In this document: one piece after another, positions 1 through 10,279 of the stretch | How positions within the stretch are numbered: the first letter of the stretch is position 1 | Layout: each line of letters starts with the position of its first letter | Assembly: GCA_965219455.1 (NCBI GenBank) | Contig: OZ244744.1 | Coordinates: 1,472,001 to 1,536,000 of the forward strand | Direction of reading: 5' to 3' | Source of the DNA: Candidatus Latescibacterota bacterium | GTDB lineage: Bacteria > Latescibacterota > UBA2968 > GCA-2709665 | DNA length: 64,000 nucleotides | Notes under the pieces: model-generated | Seen by the model: only the letters and a program-made list of their open reading frames with translations | What the model was told of the DNA's origin: nothing | The model's database searches: none | Translations under genes and position numbers: made by a program

Positions 1-82
1 GATTTACCGCCGTGGCTGTCTTTCCCACCCCGCCTTTGATGTTGTACAGAGCGACTGTTGCCATAGAATACGCTCTAAATGG

Positions 83-1612
83 TCAGACGAACAGACGTCG
101 GAACGTGGCGGCGACGTCCGCCTGGTTGAATTGCACAAAAGACTCTGAAAAAGCCGCCCGGACGGTCTGCTGCTCGCGGTAAAGGCAGCCGATCAGACCG
201 CCGATAGCGGCGAAGGTTTCCGGGTGAGTCCCCTCCGCCGGAAACGCTTCCAGGTACGTCTTGAGGTCGGCATGTTGAACGCAGAGGTCGTTGAAGTCGC
301 CCAGGTTGTCCTGCAGGCTTTTCAGGTGCCCGACGATCAGCAGGATCTCTTCCGCGGGGAAAAGCGACGAAAAAAACTCCAGGAGGTAGCGCAGTTTCTT
401 GCACTCAATCCGAAGGCGGTGCAGGCCGGCGTCGGGCGTGGACTCATCGATTGCGGTTCCCAATTCGATCACGCGACCGTATCTCTTTCCGATGAACCTT
501 TTCGCAAGCCCAGCCGCCGGCACATCGGCGTTGTCGGGCGATTCGGACTCCGGCGGGCATGCCAGAAACGCCTCCCAGTCGGCGGCTATTTTCAGGTACA
601 TGCCGCCATCCAGGGCGGCGGATAGACGCCGGTGTTCACCCGTACGTTCGTCCCGCAGGGATTCGAAGAGAGAGTCCAGTCGTGGCCGTAGATATCCCGG
701 CAGGAGAAGGCGGTACGCGTCCTGCTTGAGCAAGGCGACGTCCAGGTCGCGCAGGCGGTTGGTGCGTTTGCCCAGAAAGGAAAAGTCCTTCCGGAAGCGG
801 GCGACACGGGCTTCCGGAAAAACGGATTTGATCTGGCCGAGCGCCGACCGTGTACGCCGGATTCCCACCCTGAAATCGTGCAGAAACTCGGTATCGATGT
901 CCTCCTTTATCCCCGCTTCATTGCGTCTTATGGTTCGGAACAGATGCCCCAGAATGCGCCTCGCGGCCTCTGCGCCGGTCAGGTCGGGTTCCAGCGCGAT
1001 ATTGAGTTTGGAGGTATAGTCTCCCGGTTTCCTGCCGGTCGTCCGTATAGCGGCGTGGAACAGGTCTTCTGTTTGGGGTTCGGCGCCCGCTTCGCGCAGG
1101 GACCGGTTCAGTCTGCGCAGATGTTTCTCATACCCTCGGACGGGCCGCAGAATGAGCGTGTTGAAAGGTTGATCGGAATCCGCCACCCTGGCCTGTTCGA
1201 GCGTTGCGATCAGGACGGTCTTTTCATTCCTGTTGAGGACGCGCATGGTCTGCCGGCGGGTCCTGGCGCGCGCGCGCGGTAACAGCGCCCGTACGCTCAA
1301 ATGTGCTTGCAGGGTCTTCTTCAACGGACCCTCGGGAAAATCCGCGCCGAATACCGGTTCGGTTCCGCGCGGCAGGCTGAGCGATGCGACGGTTTCACGG
1401 TTTGGCAGGCTGTAGAGAAGGTAGCGATCCTGTTCTTTCAACAGTACCAGGTTCCTGTTGAAGAGGCGCCAGTCGAAGGTGTCGAGAAAGGTCTGGACAT
1501 GCTCTGTATCGCCTATCAGTTTGCAGGTATGGGAACTGGCGGCCTCCTCCCATACGCTGTGTGAATCGACCGATGCCGGCAGGCGCAGTGCACGTACTTT
1601 GTTTTTCATCAT
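83..1612 (-). CDS. CHAD-domain protein with N-terminal CYTH-like region (polyphosphate-associated)
   Basis: 509 aa ORF with CHAD motifs LHDFRVGIRRTRS, RLRDLDV, LHRLRIECKKLRY and LQDNLGDFND; divergent from the pst operon. Confidence 0.85.
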   Translation of the reverse strand: MMKNKVRALRLPASVDSHSVWEEAASSHTCKLIGDTEHVQTFLDTFDWRLFNRNLVLLKEQDRYLLYSLPNRETVASLSLPRGTEPVFGADFPEGPLKKTLQAHLSVRALLPRARARTRRQTMRVLNRNEKTVLIATLEQARVADSDQPFNTLILRPVRGYEKHLRRLNRSLREAGAEPQTEDLFHAAIRTTGRKPGDYTSKLNIALEPDLTGAEAARRILGHLFRTIRRNEAGIKEDIDTEFLHDFRVGIRRTRSALGQIKSVFPEARVARFRKDFSFLGKRTNRLRDLDVALLKQDAYRLLLPGYLRPRLDSLFESLRDERTGEHRRLSAALDGGMYLKIAADWEAFLACPPESESPDNADVPAAGLAKRFIGKRYGRVIELGTAIDESTPDAGLHRLRIECKKLRYLLEFFSSLFPAEEILLIVGHLKSLQDNLGDFNDLCVQHADLKTYLEAFPAEGTHPETFAAIGGLIGCLYREQQTVRAAFSESFVQFNQADVAATFRRLFV

Positions 1613-2027
1613 ATGACTTCCGTCAGAGTCCGCCGGGGATATGCGCCGCGGACCTCCTCGTCTGCCCGGACGGACGCGATGTCCGCAGCCTGAAGCTGGA
1701 GTACAGGCCCTATAAAAAGAAGGCCGATGCCCAGAGACATCAGCCTGTTTCGAGCTTCGCTGCGAGCATTTGGGTCAGTCGTCATAGCTCAGGAACTTGT
1801 ACCGGCCGACTCTCCGGATGACCGATCCGAGGATTCGCAGATCCACGTGCCTGCCTTTTTTGGTTTACACTTGCAACAGAGATTAAGATACTTTGCACGG
1901 ATTTTCTGGAGGCTGGTAAGTGCTTTGCGCCCACCTCGTAATGATACGTCGAATCGGTACAAAAAACAAGAAAGACCGAACAGGCGCTGAAGCATTGACG
2001 CTCCGGGCGAGCCTGTCCGGCCTCTGC

Positions 2028-2091
2028 GAAGCTGTTTTAAAATTTCTGTTGCGTTCCCGAGCGCGAGCGAAAGGGTGTCGGTTATGTGGCG
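2028..2091. mobile_element. Partial inverted copy of the MITE at 12440-12650
   Basis: gaagctgttttaaaatttctgttgcgttcccgagcgcgagcgaaagggtgtcggttatgtggcg aligns with the reverse complement of ~12587-12649. Confidence 0.7.
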
Positions 2092-2195
2092 AGACGGGAT
2101 GAACCGGCGCCTGTCTGCCTGCCTGCGTCCGCCGGACAGGCAGGCAGGCGGAAGAATGGCGCCATATTTCCGGGACAGGACACCATGCCAGGTAT

Positions 2196-2250
2196 CGTAA
2201 CCTATTCGTCACACAATAGTGACCTGTTCGTCACAGATGCCGAACATATT
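2196..2250 (+). promoter_or_regulatory. Pho-box-like tandem 11-bp repeats
   Basis: cgtaacctatt/cgtcacacaat/agtgacctgtt/cgtcacagatg/ccgaacatatt in exact 11-bp phase upstream of the porin remnant and pstS; resembles PhoB GTCA(T/C) half-sites. Confidence 0.65.
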
Positions 2251-2315
2251 GTAGCAGTCTTATAGATACAGGAGGTGCCAGGCAGGTGAATTAACCGCCA
2301 CTATGGGGAGGAGCA

Positions 2316-2666
2316 ATGCTGTTTAAGTGGGCGATCCGGGGAAGCGTCGCGGTGTTGAGTTTTGGGGTTTTCGGCCCCGCCGAAGGCGCCGAAGGCAAGA
2401 TTGGAGGGCTGGCTTTCGGCGACTGCTATTTCGTCGCCACCGGAGCGAACAAGCATGAAAACGGTTTCAAATTCCGGCGGATATATATGACGTACGACCT
2501 GGAATGGAATGACCGCTGGTCCGGACGGGTGCGGTACGAAGCCAACGACTCGGGATTTGGCGTCGAGGACAAGATGCGGCGCCTGGAGCCCTCGCGCCAA
2601 AGTCGATCCCGGGATCGCCCGACCGGCGAAATTTCGACTCCCTCTCCTGCTGGCACACAAACGTAA
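2316..2666 (+). pseudogene. Truncated outer-membrane porin-like gene (possibly phosphate-selective)
   Basis: Good RBS (gggaggag), signal peptide and beta-strand-like GKIGGLAFGDCYF...NGFKFRRIYMTYD...RVRYEAN, then drifts into low-complexity sequence and stops at 116 aa. Confidence 0.55.
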
Positions 2667-2735
2667 CGTTGGCGGTTTACATTGACCTCTGAATTTCTTC
2701 AGACAATCACCCTGAAAATCGAGAGGTGTAGACGG

Positions 2736-3713
2736 ATGATTCGAACAGTTGCCGGATTGATATTACTGATACTGGCCGCGGTTCCCGTTCGGTCGCAGAC
2801 GTTTGAGGTCGACCCGCGGATTCCGGCCTATAATAAGGCGCGGGGGATTTCAGGAAGCGCCAGCAGCATCGGATCGGATACGATGAATAACCTGATGGCG
2901 CTGTGGCTGGAGGGTTTTCGCAGATACTACCCGAACGTAAACGTGCAGATCGAAGGAAAGGGGTCCAGCACGGCGCCTCCGGCGCTGATCGAAGGCACGG
3001 CCCGGTTCGGTCCGATGTCCCGTTCAATGAAGGCAACGGAGGTTGACAAGTTCGAGAACGCGTTCGGGTACCCGCCCACGCCGCTGAGAACCGCTTTCGA
3101 TGCGCTGGCGGTTTTTGTGAATAAAGACAATCCTGCTAGAGGCTTGACGCTGGAACAGGTGGATGCGATTTTTTCCAAAACCCGCCGTGGTGGATTTCCT
3201 GAAAATATCGTCCGGTGGAGCCAGGTGGGATGGACGGGCGAGGCGGCAAGGGCGTTAATTAGTTTGTACGGTCGAAACTCGGCCTCAGGGACCTATGGCT
3301 TTTTCAAAAAAAACGCGCTGTTTAAGGGCGATTTCAAAGATGAAGTGAAGGAACAGCCGGGGTCGGCTTCGGTTGTACAGGGTGTAGCGGAAGACCGGTA
3401 CGGAATCGGATACAGTGGAATCGGATATAAGACGTCTGACGTGCGCGTGGTGCCGCTTGCGGAGAATCCGGAGGAAGGGTTCAGAGACGCCAGCATGGAT
3501 AATGTACTTGACGGCTCCTATCCGCTGGGCCGTTTTTTGTTCATCTACATCAACAAAACCCCGGGTAAGCCCCTTGACCCGATGGTGCGCGAATTCTGCA
3601 GGTATATTTTCTCGAAAGAGGGTCAGGAAATCGTAATCAAGGATGGATATATGCCTGTGCCCTACGAAGTCGTTGAAGAAGAACTGGCGAAGCTGGCAGC
3701 AGCGGGAATTTAG
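2736..3713 (+). CDS. pstS: Phosphate ABC transporter substrate-binding protein
   Basis: GSDTM, GKGSSTA, YGRNSASGTY and YPLGRFLFIY motifs; ATG 2736 with RBS gagagg and signal peptide. Confidence 0.95.
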   Translation: MIRTVAGLILLILAAVPVRSQTFEVDPRIPAYNKARGISGSASSIGSDTMNNLMALWLEGFRRYYPNVNVQIEGKGSSTAPPALIEGTARFGPMSRSMKATEVDKFENAFGYPPTPLRTAFDALAVFVNKDNPARGLTLEQVDAIFSKTRRGGFPENIVRWSQVGWTGEAARALISLYGRNSASGTYGFFKKNALFKGDFKDEVKEQPGSASVVQGVAEDRYGIGYSGIGYKTSDVRVVPLAENPEEGFRDASMDNVLDGSYPLGRFLFIYINKTPGKPLDPMVREFCRYIFSKEGQEIVIKDGYMPVPYEVVEEELAKLAAAGI

Positions 3714-3766
3714 TCTGCTGGCGAACCCCTCCTCATGTCCGGCGGGAGAAACTGCAAGGTTTGGCT

Positions 3767-6019
3767 ATGGCGCAACCGAAGAATACCGATCCAGGAAAAC
3801 CCCGGTCGCTTCCCGGCATCACGCCCGCGGCACGCACTATGGACCGTCTGGGCCGTTGGGTAATCGCCGTGGGCGGTGTGGGGGTGATCCTGGTGGTACT
3901 GGGCATTCTGGCTTTTGTGCTTCGCGAATCCTTTCCCCTTTTCCTGTCTCCCGCGCCGGCGGCGATTGTAAATAGCCACACGCTGCAAGGTAGCGACGGC
4001 CAGCGGGCGCTTGCGGCGGGCACCGATCGGTACCGCGATGTCGGATACGTCGTGCGACCGGAGGGAATCGATTTTATCCGATTGATCAATGGAGAAACGA
4101 TTCGCCGGGAACGTGGCGACGAATTTCGGGGCCGGCACGTGGTATCGGTCCATCCTTCGCTTACGGACGGGCACCTGAGTCTGGGAATGTCGGATGGCCG
4201 CATTGCTCTGGCGAAGGTGAATTTTCGGGTGGATTATCCGGACGGCAAGCGCAGGGTCACACCCGAGTTTCAGGTTCTGGATAACATGGCGCTGGACCGG
4301 GGAGGCGAACCCATCGCTCAGGTCGCATATGGTTCGGACGGGGCACGGCGCTCCACTGTGGCGGGGATCACTGCGTCCGGCCGGCTACTGGTGGCGGGCA
4401 GACAGAAAAAGAGGGGGCTGCTGGGCGCGGGTAAGCAGGAATCATTCGTTTACGAATTGACCGATGCGTTTGACTGCAGGCCAACGGCCGTGCTGGTTAA
4501 CGGGAACAGTCGTCAACTTCTGGCGGGGACGGACCGTGGAGAGGTGTATTTCTGGGACATATCCGACATCAAGACGCCTCCGACCCTCGTTCAGCGTTTT
4601 CGTGCTTCGGACCACGCGATTACAGCCCTTGCGTTTCTGCTTGGCGACGTATCGGTGGTCGTGGGTGACGCCCGTGGACACGTAAGTACGTGGTTTCCCG
4701 TGCGCGGACCACGCGGCAATGTCCGCGGGACGTTTCAAAAAATCCACGATTTTCGGCCACATCGCACGGCGGTGAACGCGATTTCCCCGTCTGCGCGTGA
4801 CAAACAGTTTTTGACCGGCAGCGTCGGTGGACACCTGATGTTGCACCACATGACGTCCGGCCAGACGTTTTTCGAACTGGCGGATGGATCGGAGGTGACC
4901 GATCTGACGTTCGCGCCCAAAGCAGACGGGTTCCTGAGCCTTCACGCCGACGGTCGTTTGAACCACTATGAGCTATCCAATCCGCATCCTGAAGTGACAC
5001 TGAAAACGCTGTTTGGCAAGGTGTGGTACGAAGGATACACCGAACCTGAGTTCGTCTGGCAGTCCACCGGCGGAACCGACGAATTCGAGCCCAAGATGAG
5101 CATCATTCCTCTAGCGTATGGCACCGCGAAAGGGACGTTTTATGCAATGTTTTTCGCTCTGCCGCTGGCGGTTCTCGCCGCCATCTACACGTCCGAGTTC
5201 GCTCACCCGCGCGTGCGCAACGTGGTGAAACCGACGGTGGAGTTGATGGCATCGCTGCCAAGCGTGATTCTAGGCTTTCTGGGCGGTCTATGGCTGGCGC
5301 CGTTGCTGGAACGCCAGGTGGTAGGCGTCTTGCTGCTGCTGCCAACGGTGGCTCTGACCGTTATCACGGCGTCCTGGGTCTGGTCCCGCCTGCCGGGGCG
5401 CGTGAAGAACCGGTTGCCGGGACCGGAAGCGTTCTACGTGGCGGTGTCCCTTCTGGGTATCTGGTTGGCGCTGGCGCTCGGGCCGTTGCTGGAGGGCGCA
5501 TTCTGGGGCGGTAATTTTCCGCGCTGGCTGGCGGATGCCGCCGGCACCCGCTACGACCAGAGGAATTGCCTGGTTGTGGGTTTCGCAATGGGTTTTGCGG
5601 TAATCCCGATCATCTATACGATTTGCGAAGACGCGCTCACAAGCGTACCGTCACACCTGAGGGCCGGATCCCTGGCGCTGGGCGCCACGCCGTGGCAGAC
5701 GGCCGTTCGCGTGGTGCTCCCCACCGCAAGCCCGGGCATTTTTTCGGCGACAATGATCGGATTCGGACGGGCGGTCGGCGAAACGATGATTGTCCTGATG
5801 GCCACCGGAAATACGCCCATTATGGACTGGAGTATCTTCAACGGGATGCGCACCCTGTCGGCCAATATTGCCGTGGAAATCCCCGAGGCGCCGCACGAGG
5901 GAACGCTCTACCGGGTCCTCTTTCTGACCGGTCTGCTACTTGCAGGAGTGACGTTCATCGTCAACACCCTGGCGGAAATCGTACGGCAGCGGCTTCGGGA
6001 GCGGTACAGCCGAATATAG
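3767..6019 (+). CDS. pstS-operon pstC: Phosphate ABC permease PstC with large WD40-like periplasmic domain
   Basis: KPTVELMASLPSV, GSLALGATPWQT and GRAVGETMIVLMATGN; beta-propeller-like N-terminal half. Confidence 0.9.
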   Translation: MAQPKNTDPGKPRSLPGITPAARTMDRLGRWVIAVGGVGVILVVLGILAFVLRESFPLFLSPAPAAIVNSHTLQGSDGQRALAAGTDRYRDVGYVVRPEGIDFIRLINGETIRRERGDEFRGRHVVSVHPSLTDGHLSLGMSDGRIALAKVNFRVDYPDGKRRVTPEFQVLDNMALDRGGEPIAQVAYGSDGARRSTVAGITASGRLLVAGRQKKRGLLGAGKQESFVYELTDAFDCRPTAVLVNGNSRQLLAGTDRGEVYFWDISDIKTPPTLVQRFRASDHAITALAFLLGDVSVVVGDARGHVSTWFPVRGPRGNVRGTFQKIHDFRPHRTAVNAISPSARDKQFLTGSVGGHLMLHHMTSGQTFFELADGSEVTDLTFAPKADGFLSLHADGRLNHYELSNPHPEVTLKTLFGKVWYEGYTEPEFVWQSTGGTDEFEPKMSIIPLAYGTAKGTFYAMFFALPLAVLAAIYTSEFAHPRVRNVVKPTVELMASLPSVILGFLGGLWLAPLLERQVVGVLLLLPTVALTVITASWVWSRLPGRVKNRLPGPEAFYVAVSLLGIWLALALGPLLEGAFWGGNFPRWLADAAGTRYDQRNCLVVGFAMGFAVIPIIYTICEDALTSVPSHLRAGSLALGATPWQTAVRVVLPTASPGIFSATMIGFGRAVGETMIVLMATGNTPIMDWSIFNGMRTLSANIAVEIPEAPHEGTLYRVLFLTGLLLAGVTFIVNTLAEIVRQRLRERYSRI

Positions 6020-6041
6020 GCCGCTGAGTCGACCGGCTGGC

Positions 6042-6168
6042 ATCCTTCGACAGGCTCAGGAACCAGCGGTTGCGAACTGAGCCGCTCCCTGAGCTTGTCG
6101 AAGGGTCGGCGAAGGTCGTTGAAGATTGCTAAAGAGGTTAGGAAACGCGGGCATTTCGACAAGCTCAA
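6042..6168. repeat. REP-like palindromic cluster (ccctgagcttgtcgaaggg family); another copy at ~18947-18990
   Basis: cttcgacaggctcagg ... cctgagcttgtcgaaggg inverted pair plus ttcgacaagctca; cctgagcttgtcgaagggtcggcgaagg recurs at ~18962. Confidence 0.7.
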
Positions 6169-6289
6169 TGACCACGTTTCATCACGCTAGCCGTCTCGAA
6201 TCCCGTGGCAAGGAATGCAACGGAGACGACACGATGGATTCTTGTTTTAGTGCCCGGATTGCCCGCATCGTACGTCTGGAGCCAATCGA

Positions 6290-7894
6290 ATGAACGGGTT
6301 CTGGAAGTCAGGCCAGGCGTATATCTGGCTCACAGGCGGCGCGCTCGCTTTCTGCGTCCTGATGATCGTAGGGTTGATCGGCCTGGTGATCTACAACGGC
6401 CTGGGCTTTTTCTGGCCCGCAAACCTGACCGTGTTTCGTCTCCATGGTCACGGGGTTGCGATGGGTCAGGTCTGGAATCGGCAGGAGATTCCGAACCGGC
6501 AAGGGGAATACCGGGTTCAAGTGAAAGTGGCGAACCGGGACGCTTACGGCGCTGACTTCCAATGGATTGACGAGTCACGGATTCTGGATCGAACTTTGCC
6601 GGACAGCGCGGTGGTGTTTGAGCGGCGGGAATGGGGACATCTGTACGGTTTCCTGGATGCCGTGTTCGAAGGTGAAGGCAAAGTGGCCGGAAGTGGCCCG
6701 GCCGGCTGGACCGCGTTTCAAAAGCAAATGCGGCGAACCGGCGCGGTCCTGGAGAAGGTCCGCGACATTGAGCACAACGCCATTTCCGATCTGAACCGGC
6801 GGATCGAGCAGCTACGCCTGAAAAAACGAAAACTTGAACTGGCGGCTGACGCACGGCAGGCGGAGATTTTTCAACTGGACGAGACAAACCGCCAATATTG
6901 GACACGTTTTGAATCTCTGGCCGCCGAACTGAAACGCCTCAGGGAAGAGAGCGAAGTACCGCAACTCGAGGTCCGTCTGATCGGCGGGGAGGTGCGGCGG
7001 CTCGCGGTGGCGGACGTTGTGCGCGCGTATCGGCCCAACCGGCTGGGCGTCTTCGGCAAGACAGGCGTATACCTGGATCGGGCCTGGGAGTTCCTGTCTG
7101 CGGAACCCCGCGAGTCCAACACCGAAGGCGGTGTGTTTCCGGCGATCTTCGGTACGGTAATGATGGTTATTCTGATGAGTCTGGCGGCGGTGCCGTTCGG
7201 AATTCTGGCGGCGCTGTATCTGCGTGAATATGCCAGGCAGGGTCCGCTTGTGGGAGCGATCCGGATCGCGGTGAACAATCTCGCTGGAGTGCCCTCAATC
7301 GTCTTTGGCATGTTCGGACTCGGATTTTTCGTCTACGGCGTGGGCGGCAGCCTGGACCTTCTCTTTTTCCCGGAGGCGTTACCGGCGCCCACGTTTGGCA
7401 CCGGCGGCATTCTCTGGGCGTCGTTGACACTTGCGCTGTTGACGGTGCCCGTAATGATCGTGGCCTCGGAGGAGGCCCTGGCGTCTGTGCCCGGCGAGGT
7501 ACGCGAGGGGTCGCTAGCGCTGGGGGCCACACAGTTTCAGACCATCTGGCGAGTCGTTCTTCCCGCGGCGCTCCCTGGAATTCTCACGGGGATCGTGCTT
7601 GTGGTGGCCAGAGGCGCGGGCGAAGTGGCGCCGCTGATGATAACCGGTGTGGTCAAGCTTGCGCCCACGTTGCCCGTGGACGGCGCCTGGCCGTTTTTTC
7701 ACCTGGAGCGCAAGTTCATGCATCTGGGATTTCATATTTATGACGTGGGTTTCCAGTCTCCCAACGTGGAGGCGGCCCGCCCGATGGTATATACGACAAC
7801 TCTGTTGCTGATGTTCATCGTACTCGCATTGAACCTGACGGCGATACAGGTCCGGTCCCGTTTGCGGAAGCGTTACCAGAAAATCGGATTCTAG
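6290..7894 (+). CDS. pstA: Phosphate ABC permease PstA (long form with coiled-coil insertion)
   Basis: PRESNTEGGVFPAIFGT, NNLAGVPSIVFG and ARGAGEVAPL motifs. Confidence 0.93.
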   Translation: MNGFWKSGQAYIWLTGGALAFCVLMIVGLIGLVIYNGLGFFWPANLTVFRLHGHGVAMGQVWNRQEIPNRQGEYRVQVKVANRDAYGADFQWIDESRILDRTLPDSAVVFERREWGHLYGFLDAVFEGEGKVAGSGPAGWTAFQKQMRRTGAVLEKVRDIEHNAISDLNRRIEQLRLKKRKLELAADARQAEIFQLDETNRQYWTRFESLAAELKRLREESEVPQLEVRLIGGEVRRLAVADVVRAYRPNRLGVFGKTGVYLDRAWEFLSAEPRESNTEGGVFPAIFGTVMMVILMSLAAVPFGILAALYLREYARQGPLVGAIRIAVNNLAGVPSIVFGMFGLGFFVYGVGGSLDLLFFPEALPAPTFGTGGILWASLTLALLTVPVMIVASEEALASVPGEVREGSLALGATQFQTIWRVVLPAALPGILTGIVLVVARGAGEVAPLMITGVVKLAPTLPVDGAWPFFHLERKFMHLGFHIYDVGFQSPNVEAARPMVYTTTLLLMFIVLALNLTAIQVRSRLRKRYQKIGF

Positions 7895-7978
7895 CGCCTT
7901 TTCGGCCGATAACAGGATCGCTGAAATACGACAATTCAATCGTCTTTGAGCGGCTTTTCCACTGAGGAGTCATACAGG

Positions 7979-8758
7979 ATGGGCGCGGAAACCGCGACGC
8001 CGGAACGTCCCGTAGTCGAAGTTGAAGCGTTGAGCCTGCATTACGGCGAAGCGCAGGCCCTGTACGATATCAGTCTGAACATACCTCGACACAACGTCAC
8101 CGCGTTTATCGGGCCGTCGGGTTGCGGGAAGTCGACACTGCTCCGATGTATGAACCGATTGAACGATTTGATCGACTCGGTGAGGATTCAAGGCGGGGTC
8201 CGGATCGAAGGCGAGGACATTTATGCCCACGGATATGATGTAATTTCACTCAGGCGGCTGGTGGGGATGGTGTTTCAGAATTCGAATCCCTTTCCCAAAT
8301 CGATCTTCGAAAACGTGGTGTACGGGTTACGGATTGCCGGGGAGAACCGGCGTGCCGTTCTGGATGGGGTGGCCGAGCGAAGCCTTCGGGCGGCGGCGCT
8401 TTGGGACGAGGTCAAGGATCGTCTTGAAGCGTCCGCGCTGGGACTCTCCGGTGGGCAGCAGCAGCGGCTCTGTATCGCACGGGCGATTGCGGTGGAACCT
8501 TCGGTGATTCTGATGGATGAGCCCTGTTCCGCTCTTGATCCGATTGCCACGGGTCATATTGAGGAGACGATCAATGAGTTGAAGAACCGGTATACCATTG
8601 CAATTGTTACCCACAATCTGCAGCAGGCTTCCCGAATATCGGACTGGACGGCTTTCTTTTATCTGGGAAAGCTGGTGGAGCATTCACGAACCGAGGAGAT
8701 GTTCACAAACCCGAGGTTGAAACAGACTGAGGATTACGTAACGGGCAGGTTTGGATAG
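7979..8758 (+). CDS. pstB: Phosphate ABC transporter ATP-binding protein
   Basis: [26 protein letters not shown] and C-terminal [10 protein letters not shown]. Confidence 0.97.
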   Translation: MGAETATPERPVVEVEALSLHYGEAQALYDISLNIPRHNVTAFIGPSGCGKSTLLRCMNRLNDLIDSVRIQGGVRIEGEDIYAHGYDVISLRRLVGMVFQNSNPFPKSIFENVVYGLRIAGENRRAVLDGVAERSLRAAALWDEVKDRLEASALGLSGGQQQRLCIARAIAVEPSVILMDEPCSALDPIATGHIEETINELKNRYTIAIVTHNLQQASRISDWTAFFYLGKLVEHSRTEEMFTNPRLKQTEDYVTGRFG

Positions 8759-8807
8759 GCGGAACACCGCGCCGCCGATGTGCGGATTTTATCGAATGGG
8801 ATAAAGA

Positions 8808-9485
8808 ATGGAACGGACATTGGATCAACGGTTGGAACATCTGAAAAGCGAGTTGCTGAAGATGGGTGGGGCGGTGGAGGAATCCATCGCCCAGGCCGTG
8901 AAGTGTCTGGTGGACCGGGACAACGATCTGGCAGGAACCGTGATTTCCGGCGGGAAAACAATCGACGAGTGGGAAGTAAATATCGAGGACGAGTGTCTGA
9001 AGCTGCTGGCGGTGAGCCAACCGGTGGCCGGCGATTTGCGCTTGATCGCAACCGTGTTGAAGATCAACTACGACCTGGAACGGATCAACGATCAGGCGGT
9101 GAATATCGCGGAGCGGGCGCTTGTTTTGAACCGGGCCTCCCTGTTGAAGCCGCTTATCGATATCCCCAGAATGGCGGAACTCGCCCGGGGCATGGTCAAG
9201 GACGCGCTGGACGCGATTGTAAACCGAAACGTGGACCTGGCAAACGACGTTCGCCGTCGCGATGACGTCGTGGATGCATTGAGGGATCAGATTTTCAGGG
9301 AGTTGCTCACGTACCTGCACTATCGGGCCGAGGCGGATGCGGTTGATCGTGCGATTCACCTGATTCTGGTCTCCCGTCATCTGGAACGGATGGGCGACCA
9401 TGCCTCCAATATCGCCGAGAATGTGGTGTACCTCGTGCAGGGACGGATCGTGCGCCACCAGAAGGAGAATATCGGGGAAGAGTAG
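8808..9485 (+). CDS. phoU: Phosphate signalling protein PhoU
   Basis: QPVAGDLR, DLERINDQA and HLERMGDHASNIAE repeats. Confidence 0.96.
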   Translation: MERTLDQRLEHLKSELLKMGGAVEESIAQAVKCLVDRDNDLAGTVISGGKTIDEWEVNIEDECLKLLAVSQPVAGDLRLIATVLKINYDLERINDQAVNIAERALVLNRASLLKPLIDIPRMAELARGMVKDALDAIVNRNVDLANDVRRRDDVVDALRDQIFRELLTYLHYRAEADAVDRAIHLILVSRHLERMGDHASNIAENVVYLVQGRIVRHQKENIGEE

Positions 9486-9703
9486 AAGAATACGGATGGA
9501 TCCGAGAGCAGGAATAACCTCGGTTCCCTGACGGTGCCCGTGAATGTCCGCGACATCCGGATTGATGACCGCATGCCTGGGAAAAGGGTGCGGTTTTCTA
9601 TGTATGGCACAGGCCCGCATGGGCGCGAAAAAGGGCTTGTTATGCGGTTCCAAACCCGTATATTTAGACGATCGGGCTCATTTTTCGGGAGGGTTTCTTC
9701 TCG

Positions 9704-10258
9704 GTGGCGAGCGATCATACCGCGCATCACGTCGACGGCGCCCGCTTCTGCGAACGATGCAGCGCGGCGCTGGTACAAAAAAGGGTCGAAGGCCATAACC
9801 GCCCCGTTTGCCCGGCATGTGAGTTCGTGGTCTACCTGGATCCGAAAGTGGCGGCCGGCGTGATCGTTACGCTGAACGAACAGGTCGTGCTCCTGAAGCG
9901 GGGCATCGAACCCGGGATGGGAAAGTGGGTCTTTCCGGGCGGATACGTCGACCGTGGCGAACAGGTGGAAGCCGCGGCGTCGCGTGAAGCGAGGGAAGAG
10001 GTGGGGTTGGAGGTCGAGATTGAAGATCTGCTGGGCGTCTATTCATACCCGAACGTACCGACGGTCCTGGTCGTGTACACGGGCACGGTGGTCGGAGGCA
10101 ATCTGACGGGGAACTTCGAGGCGCTGGAGGTTCGGACCTACCCTCCAGGCCGGATTCCCTGGTCTGAACTGGCATTTCGCAGTACGGTCGAGGCGCTTCG
10201 CGCGTGGGTTGAGAGGTATGCCCGCCCCGACCGTTCAACGGGTCGGTCCCTCGGCTGA
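9704..10258 (+). CDS. NUDIX hydrolase with N-terminal zinc ribbon
   Basis: FCERC...CPAC and Nudix box GGYVDRGEQVEAAASREAREEVG. Confidence 0.9.
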   Translation: MASDHTAHHVDGARFCERCSAALVQKRVEGHNRPVCPACEFVVYLDPKVAAGVIVTLNEQVVLLKRGIEPGMGKWVFPGGYVDRGEQVEAAASREAREEVGLEVEIEDLLGVYSYPNVPTVLVVYTGTVVGGNLTGNFEALEVRTYPPGRIPWSELAFRSTVEALRAWVERYARPDRSTGRSLG

Positions 10259-10279
10259 GAAAGGGGAGATACGGGTCGG

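Noticed and set aside
1640-1735. Possible exopolyphosphatase C-terminal remnant (SLKLEYRPYKKKAD)
   Set aside because: Similarity is short and subjective, and on the opposite strand to the CHAD gene
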